Shown here in pieces: positions 59,288 to 64,000 of a DNA stretch of 64,000 bases. This DNA is from Candidatus Bathyarchaeia archaeon. Lineage in GTDB: Archaea > Thermoproteota > Bathyarchaeia > Hecatellales > Hecatellaceae. The stretch covers positions 9,242 to 73,241 of the forward strand of contig JAVZMI010000002.1 of assembly GCA_038883335.1 (NCBI GenBank). Reading direction: 5' to 3'. A program made the translations under genes and the position numbers. How positions within the stretch are numbered: position 1 is the stretch's first letter; each line of letters opens with the position of its first letter. A model generated the notes under the pieces. The model searched no databases. It worked only from the letters and a program-made list of their open reading frames with translations, and had not been told where the DNA came from.

Positions 59288-59434
59288 CTCCGAACCGTTT
59301 AACATCTCCACCTCGGCCCAGCAGACCTTTTGGCGTTTTGCACTAGCGGGGAGTAGAAAAGTGAAAGCTGTAAACTGTTTAATTTAAAAGGTTAGAAGAG
59401 CTTAACTTACGCTGGATTTACTGAGGGTTAAGGC

Positions 59435-60151
59435 ATGCGTAAGAGCCTATTGGAAGAGATGACGTGGGAGGAGGTTGAGGAAGCACTGAAAGTATCTAAG
59501 ACTGTAATAGTTCCTTGGGGTTCAACCGAGGAGCATGGATACCACCTCCCACTTGCCACGGACTCTCTTATAGCATACGAGATCGCGAAGAGGGCCGCGG
59601 AGAGAACTAAAGCCCTAGTAGCACCTCCCATAAACTATGGCCTCTGCAGAAGGACTGCGCCTTTCCCTGGGACTGTGACCATTAGCTTCGACACTGTTCG
59701 AGACCTGATGTGGGACATCTGTAAAAGTCTCTACAATGGTGGTTTTAGGAGAATCATCATCTTTCCAGGCCACCTCGGCGCGGCACACTTAACAGCCTTA
59801 GAGATGGCTGCCCAGATCCTCCTCCAGACCTTCCCCGAACTCAAGATTGCCATAGTAGATCTACCAAGGATGCTGAGGAAGCTAAAAGGTCTGATAGAGG
59901 ATGAGAAAGATCTCCACGCGGGGGAGATTGAGACGTCGATGGTTCTTGCTATTAACCGAAGCCTTGTGGCGGCAGATAAGCTCGTAGCTGAGCATCCCGT
60001 GTTCCCCGACCACATTGTCATAAAGGAACCACGCCGCTACATGACCTCCGGCATCATCGGTGATGCTACAAAAGCCTCAGAGGAGAAAGGAAAGATGCTC
60101 CTTGAGGTAGCCGTCCAAGGGCTTAGCAACCTGGTAATGGAGTTGGAGTAG
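59435..60151 (+). CDS. creatininase-family amidohydrolase, possibly ArfB (FAPy deformylase)
   Basis: 238 aa. EEHGYHLPLATD, FPGHLGA, HAGEIETS metal-binding pattern of the creatininase fold. Confidence 0.6.
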   Translation: MRKSLLEEMTWEEVEEALKVSKTVIVPWGSTEEHGYHLPLATDSLIAYEIAKRAAERTKALVAPPINYGLCRRTAPFPGTVTISFDTVRDLMWDICKSLYNGGFRRIIIFPGHLGAAHLTALEMAAQILLQTFPELKIAIVDLPRMLRKLKGLIEDEKDLHAGEIETSMVLAINRSLVAADKLVAEHPVFPDHIVIKEPRRYMTSGIIGDATKASEEKGKMLLEVAVQGLSNLVMELE

Positions 60152-60208
60152 AAGAATACGCCGTTTACGATACTCGATACTCTATTGAAACTCAGTAGTT
60201 GATTGTCT

Positions 60209-61138
60209 CTATTTGCCGGTAGGGTAGGGTTTCGCAATTATTGTGAGACCCTTGATGCCCTCTATCTCCCGCCTCAAATCGCGTTCTATGGCGTCTTTCA
60301 ACTCACCTACCTTGTAGAGAGTAAGATTCCCGTCCACAATAATACATATCTCACCAGCAAGATAAGGCCCCAGCTTACGCAACTTTATGCTCTCAACTTG
60401 AACTTTGTAGACACCCTCCACGACCCTCTTGATTTTGTTAATGAGATCTGGGCAGTAGCAAGCGTCCACAAGAACCAGTGATGATTCCTTAATCGCCATG
60501 TACGCTATTTGGATGATGAAGCCGGCTATCACCATAGCACCAATTGCGTCCATCTGGTAGAAGCCTAGATATGCTGCGATGAGACTGGCGAAAATAATGA
60601 AGGACGCGGAGCCATCCTTAATCGAGTTATATGCGCCAGCCTTAAGTGAGACCATATTGTATTTTTGTGAGATGCGCCTCATCTGGAAAGCACGGTATAG
60701 GGAGATACATCCAGCCCCAAATATAGTGGCCAAAGCGATGTGAGGATAAAAGAGCTCTTGAGGGTTAATAAACCTTTGATAAGCTTGGTAGAGTATGTAG
60801 GATGCAACTCCCACCATCGCTATAGCTGTGACCAGAGCGGAGAAGGTCTCCACCCTAAAGTAGCCGTAATGGAACTTTTTGTCTGGAGACTTCATAGACA
60901 ACCTTAAGCCGAGCCAGACGATGAAAGATATAACCGCGTCGCCTAAAGAGTCAACTCCATCAGCAACCAAACCCACACTCTTACTTAACAGCCCGACGAG
61001 AATCTCAACTACTCCAATGCCCAGCAGAGTTAAAACTGATAATTTGGCGATCCTTTCGCCTTCTATGAAGCCACGGCTGTAATTATCCAACTTATCTTCA
61101 CTAAATATGAGGCATGTTAAAAAATGTACTCTGAACAA
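60209..61138 (-). CDS. cation diffusion facilitator family transporter
   Basis: 309 aa, 6 TM plus a C-terminal cytoplasmic domain. LVADGVDSLGD motif. Confidence 0.8.
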   Translation of the reverse strand: MFRVHFLTCLIFSEDKLDNYSRGFIEGERIAKLSVLTLLGIGVVEILVGLLSKSVGLVADGVDSLGDAVISFIVWLGLRLSMKSPDKKFHYGYFRVETFSALVTAIAMVGVASYILYQAYQRFINPQELFYPHIALATIFGAGCISLYRAFQMRRISQKYNMVSLKAGAYNSIKDGSASFIIFASLIAAYLGFYQMDAIGAMVIAGFIIQIAYMAIKESSLVLVDACYCPDLINKIKRVVEGVYKVQVESIKLRKLGPYLAGEICIIVDGNLTLYKVGELKDAIERDLRREIEGIKGLTIIAKPYPTGK

Positions 61139-61465
61139 CCAAAGTTGACTGTAAGTCGGTTAAGTTCTACGCAAATTCTGTGCTTGTAAGATGCAAGTTA
61201 CCGTTGTTAGAATTAAGGCTTCTGTCATGAAGTTTATCTGGTTTTTAGTGGCTCTATACTTGTCCCCTTTCCTTGAAATATATGGAGGCGATTACTTTTA
61301 CTTTTTACCTGTAAACTTTTGGAAGATAGACACCGCTCAACGACCTCCTAGCCAATGTAAAGTTCTTGTGGCGCCGGAGAATAGAGGGTAATATGCGTTC
61401 AGATTATGCACGTCTGTGTATGCTGATTTAGTGAGAACCTTACTCGTGTTTGGTATTAAGTCAGC

Positions 61466-61732
61466 TTATCCTATTTTCAGCTCTTGTCTTATAGCATTGA
61501 GCAACTCTTCTCTACTTGGGATTTTTCCTGAAGTCACAACTCTACCGTTGACCACAAGGCTCGGCGTGATCATTACGTTGTACTTATCAGCTTCTTCTGA
61601 GAACACAGTATACTCTTTTACTTCAACCGCGTTGCCGAACTCTTTAGCCACCTCTTCGGAGAGCTTGACTGCTGCCCTACATTTGGCACATGGCGGATCA
61701 GAGCCGAAGATTTCTATTTTTACTTTTGCCAT
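61466..61732 (-). CDS. small thioredoxin-fold protein (Thioredoxin_3-like, CxxC)
   Basis: 88 aa. KIEIFGSDPPCAKC ... ITPSLVVNGRVV. Confidence 0.65.
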   Translation of the reverse strand: MAKVKIEIFGSDPPCAKCRAAVKLSEEVAKEFGNAVEVKEYTVFSEEADKYNVMITPSLVVNGRVVTSGKIPSREELLNAIRQELKIG

Positions 61733-61743
61733 ATTTCAACCTC

Positions 61744-62685
61744 CTAACTTTCTTGCATATAAACCCTTACGACCAAAGGGATACTGCCTATGATGAAAGC
61801 AGTTATCGCAGCCAGCGCTATGGTGGTAAGTATGTAAACTAGTGCCTTCTTTGCTGTAAATATTCTTACGATCACTATCATGTTCGGTAGGCTGAGTCCA
61901 GGCCCAGCCAATAGAAGCGCCAGAGCAGGGCTCTTGCCCATTCCTAAACTTATAAGCGTATCCACAAACGGGGCTTCCGTAAGCGTTGCAAAATAGATTA
62001 GAGCCCCGAGCAGTGAAGCCAGAAATGTAGAGAGAAATGTATTTCCACCTAGCCAAGTCTGAATCCACTCCGCAGGTAGTATTTTACCAACAATTCCTAT
62101 GATAAATACGCCGACCAAGAGCAGTGGGAATATTAGTCTGACAAACCACAATGCCTCTTTAAGCCACACCTTAACAGAAGACACACCAAGCTTGAACCAG
62201 GCGTAAATAAACGTTATCACCATAGGTATAAGGAAGATGATAATCTTATGGAGATAGGGTCTCCCTACGCCAAGGTAGTTAGGTAAAAGAAGCGTAGCTA
62301 TAAGTATAATAAAGAGCACCATATGCTTTGAACTAGTTATCTGAGATCTCACTAAAGACGAGGGATTGCCAAATTTTTCGGTTCGTTTTCTCTCTTCTGA
62401 CCTGAAGACATACGTCATTATCAAGCCTACAATGAATGCGGTTGATACGGCGGCGACGATTCTCATAACAGCTATATCCAAACCGAGTATTGCCCCCGTA
62501 TATACTAGGGCTAGCAGGTTGGTCGCTGGCGCTGTCCAGAGTAGAATGAAGGCCGGCCCTAGACTGCTGCCCCTACGATATAAGCCGCTGGCTATTGGGA
62601 TTACTGTACAAGAGCAGACGGCTAAACCTATACCTGCAAAGGCTGCTAGCGGAAAAGATACTGTTTTCTTAGCGGTTGAACCCAT
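61744..62685 (-). CDS. predicted permease (COG0701/DUF318 family)
   Basis: 313 aa, about 8 TM. Paired with the downstream thioredoxin-fold gene, as is typical for this family. Confidence 0.6.
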   Translation of the reverse strand: MGSTAKKTVSFPLAAFAGIGLAVCSCTVIPIASGLYRRGSSLGPAFILLWTAPATNLLALVYTGAILGLDIAVMRIVAAVSTAFIVGLIMTYVFRSEERKRTEKFGNPSSLVRSQITSSKHMVLFIILIATLLLPNYLGVGRPYLHKIIIFLIPMVITFIYAWFKLGVSSVKVWLKEALWFVRLIFPLLLVGVFIIGIVGKILPAEWIQTWLGGNTFLSTFLASLLGALIYFATLTEAPFVDTLISLGMGKSPALALLLAGPGLSLPNMIVIVRIFTAKKALVYILTTIALAAITAFIIGSIPLVVRVYMQES

Positions 62686-62905
62686 ATACCGAAGTATGGT
62701 CTCCCTCGAAAGGAAAGCGGTTATCGCTCCAGCTAAGAGGAAGGCGGGAACCAGACAGGTTAATGTGTGGAGGGCTATGTAATCCTCTAACGCATAAAGC
62801 CCAGCAAAGATTAGATTAAATAGTAGAATATTCTTACCCCTCCTCTGCCTCTAGTCATCCCTTGGCTGACTCCGTTCAACAAGGGATAATATTTGAGATA
62901 TTTTA

Positions 62906-62936
62906 ATATATCGCTATATGCGAATATGTGCATATA
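62906..62936. promoter_or_regulatory. two overlapping AT-rich palindromes (ATATA-TCGC-TATAT and TATATGC-GAATATGT-GCATATA) in the divergent intergenic region
   Basis: Perfect inverted repeats read directly in ATATATCGCTATATGCGAATATGTGCATATA. Candidate operator and/or bidirectional TATA elements. Confidence 0.3.
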
Positions 62937-63045
62937 AGAATAAAACTTGCTAAAGGAGAAGCTTGAGCAATATGACTGAAACGAAAGAGACCTGGTTGCT
63001 GGGAAAAATACGCATGAGAATGTAATCTATGCCTGCTTTGGCGGT

Positions 63046-63411
63046 ATGTCAAACACAGGCATAGTAACTGCTCTTGCGAGTATTGAAGCAGTTAAGGAGT
63101 TGGGGCTACGAAAAGCCGCCATCGGATGTTTAGGCAGGCTTCCTACGAATGTGCTTTCTGTCCTTGGGAAAACCAGAACGGCCAAGAAAATCGTGACTGT
63201 TGATTGTTGCTCCTTCGAGTGCAGTAAGAAAATTGTTGAGAACTCTGGTTTTAAGGTTAGTAAAAATATCGTACTGGTGAGAGACATAGGCATGAAAAAG
63301 AAAGCGTTGCACGAAGATGTTGGCAGAAACTTGGGGTTGGCGAGTTACGTCTCAGAGGATGATGTGAGAAGGGCAAAGGAGCTAATCATTAAAGCAGTAA
63401 TGGAAGACTAG
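63046..63411 (+). CDS. DGC-domain-like putative zinc-binding protein
   Basis: 121 aa from the first ATG. The family-like N-terminal motif IYACFGGMSNTG begins 15 nt upstream of that ATG in the same frame, so the real start is unclear. Cys pair VDCCSFEC. Confidence 0.45.
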   Translation: MSNTGIVTALASIEAVKELGLRKAAIGCLGRLPTNVLSVLGKTRTAKKIVTVDCCSFECSKKIVENSGFKVSKNIVLVRDIGMKKKALHEDVGRNLGLASYVSEDDVRRAKELIIKAVMED

Positions 63412-63437
63412 ATTATTCGGCTAGGGCTGATGATTAA

Positions 63438-64000
63438 ATGGATGAAATTAGGAAAGTTAAACCGCCGCCGGAATATCCGCCTGAAGAGGGGTGCTTCCTG
63501 CGGGGCAATGATTATTCCCCTGTTGCTGTCTGCGTGCTCCTAGACACATTCTACGAAAAGATAACCCCCTGGCTTGAATTGCTGGTTCGCACGGGAATTG
63601 AGAGCGGTGCGGCCCTTGCAGGGTATCTTCAGACTGAGAATATTGGGGTGGAGAAGATAATCTGTAATGTTATCGCAAACACAAACATCAGATATCTAGT
63701 TGTTTGTGGGGCAGAGTCAGCTGGACATAGCCCTGGACAGACACTCCAAGCACTGGTTGATAACGGCGTTGATAGTAAGAGGTTTATAGTTGGTGCTGTG
63801 GCGCCTACGCCTTACCTCTATAATATACCTCTCGAGGCGATAGATAGGTTTCGGAGACAGATAACTCTGGTCAACTTGGCACTTGAAGAGGATGTAATGT
63901 TGGCGCGCAAACCTGAAATTATACGGGAAGCAGTACGGTGTTGCTATCAGGAGAAACCTACGCAGTTCATGAAGTGGACACTTTATGACAAGGGAGCATT
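63438..64000 (+). CDS. MtrA-like protein (tetrahydromethanopterin S-methyltransferase subunit A homologue), partial at window end
   Basis: YSPVAVC, QTENIGVEKIICNVIANTNIRYLVVCGAESAGHSPGQ and EAIDRFRRQI parallel remembered conserved MtrA segments (HTENLGIEK / NIRFxIVCG / ERFRRQI). Confidence 0.6.
   Translation, partial: MDEIRKVKPPPEYPPEEGCFLRGNDYSPVAVCVLLDTFYEKITPWLELLVRTGIESGAALAGYLQTENIGVEKIICNVIANTNIRYLVVCGAESAGHSPGQTLQALVDNGVDSKRFIVGAVAPTPYLYNIPLEAIDRFRRQITLVNLALEEDVMLARKPEIIREAVRCCYQEKPTQFMKWTLYDKGA

Noticed and set aside
1-64000. CRISPR arrays and rRNA genes
   Set aside because: No regularly spaced direct repeats of 24-40 nt and no long conserved non-coding stretches. The only sizeable ORF-free segments are the AT-rich spacers noted above.

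Overview
This is a dense archaeal chromosomal core window of about 50% GC, coded on both strands, with no rRNA, tRNA or CRISPR array found by eye. The organisation is TACK-like: the rpoH / unsplit rpoB / unsplit (fused A'+A'') rpoA / L30e / nusA operon, several ribosomal-protein clusters (S19e, L39e, L31e; S12, S7, EF-1alpha, S10; LX, prefoldin-alpha, FtsY; SecE, Spt5, L11, L1, L10), Rpp21, Nep1, Trm1, GlmS, pyruvate kinase and an A-type ATPase I / C / K segment. An accessory-type block at about 33.7-41.2 kb carries dTDP-rhamnose genes rmlA/rmlD/rmlC (no rmlB) and five glycosyltransferases. The window opens with the complete archaeal AMP / pentose-bisphosphate module: AMP phosphorylase (partial, minus strand), ribose-1,5-bisphosphate isomerase and type III RuBisCO. 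A second eIF2B-family protein, fused to an N-terminal Nudix domain and carrying Ser at the catalytic-Cys position, lies directly downstream of nusA. Other oddities are an inverted S7 gene with a V4R-domain gene and a 600-bp AT-rich ORF-free spacer inserted between S12 and S7, an L10/P0 gene with no C-terminal acidic tail and no downstream L12/P1, and a UPF0182 / membrane-anchored Hsp20 / coiled-coil operon. A divergent thioredoxin-permease / DGC-MtrA-like unit has palindromes in its intergenic region. Methanogen-type cofactor genes (MfnB-like, ArfB-like, MtrA-like) also occur. Everything below is from reading the sequence and the ORF translations against remembered family motifs; no database search was run.
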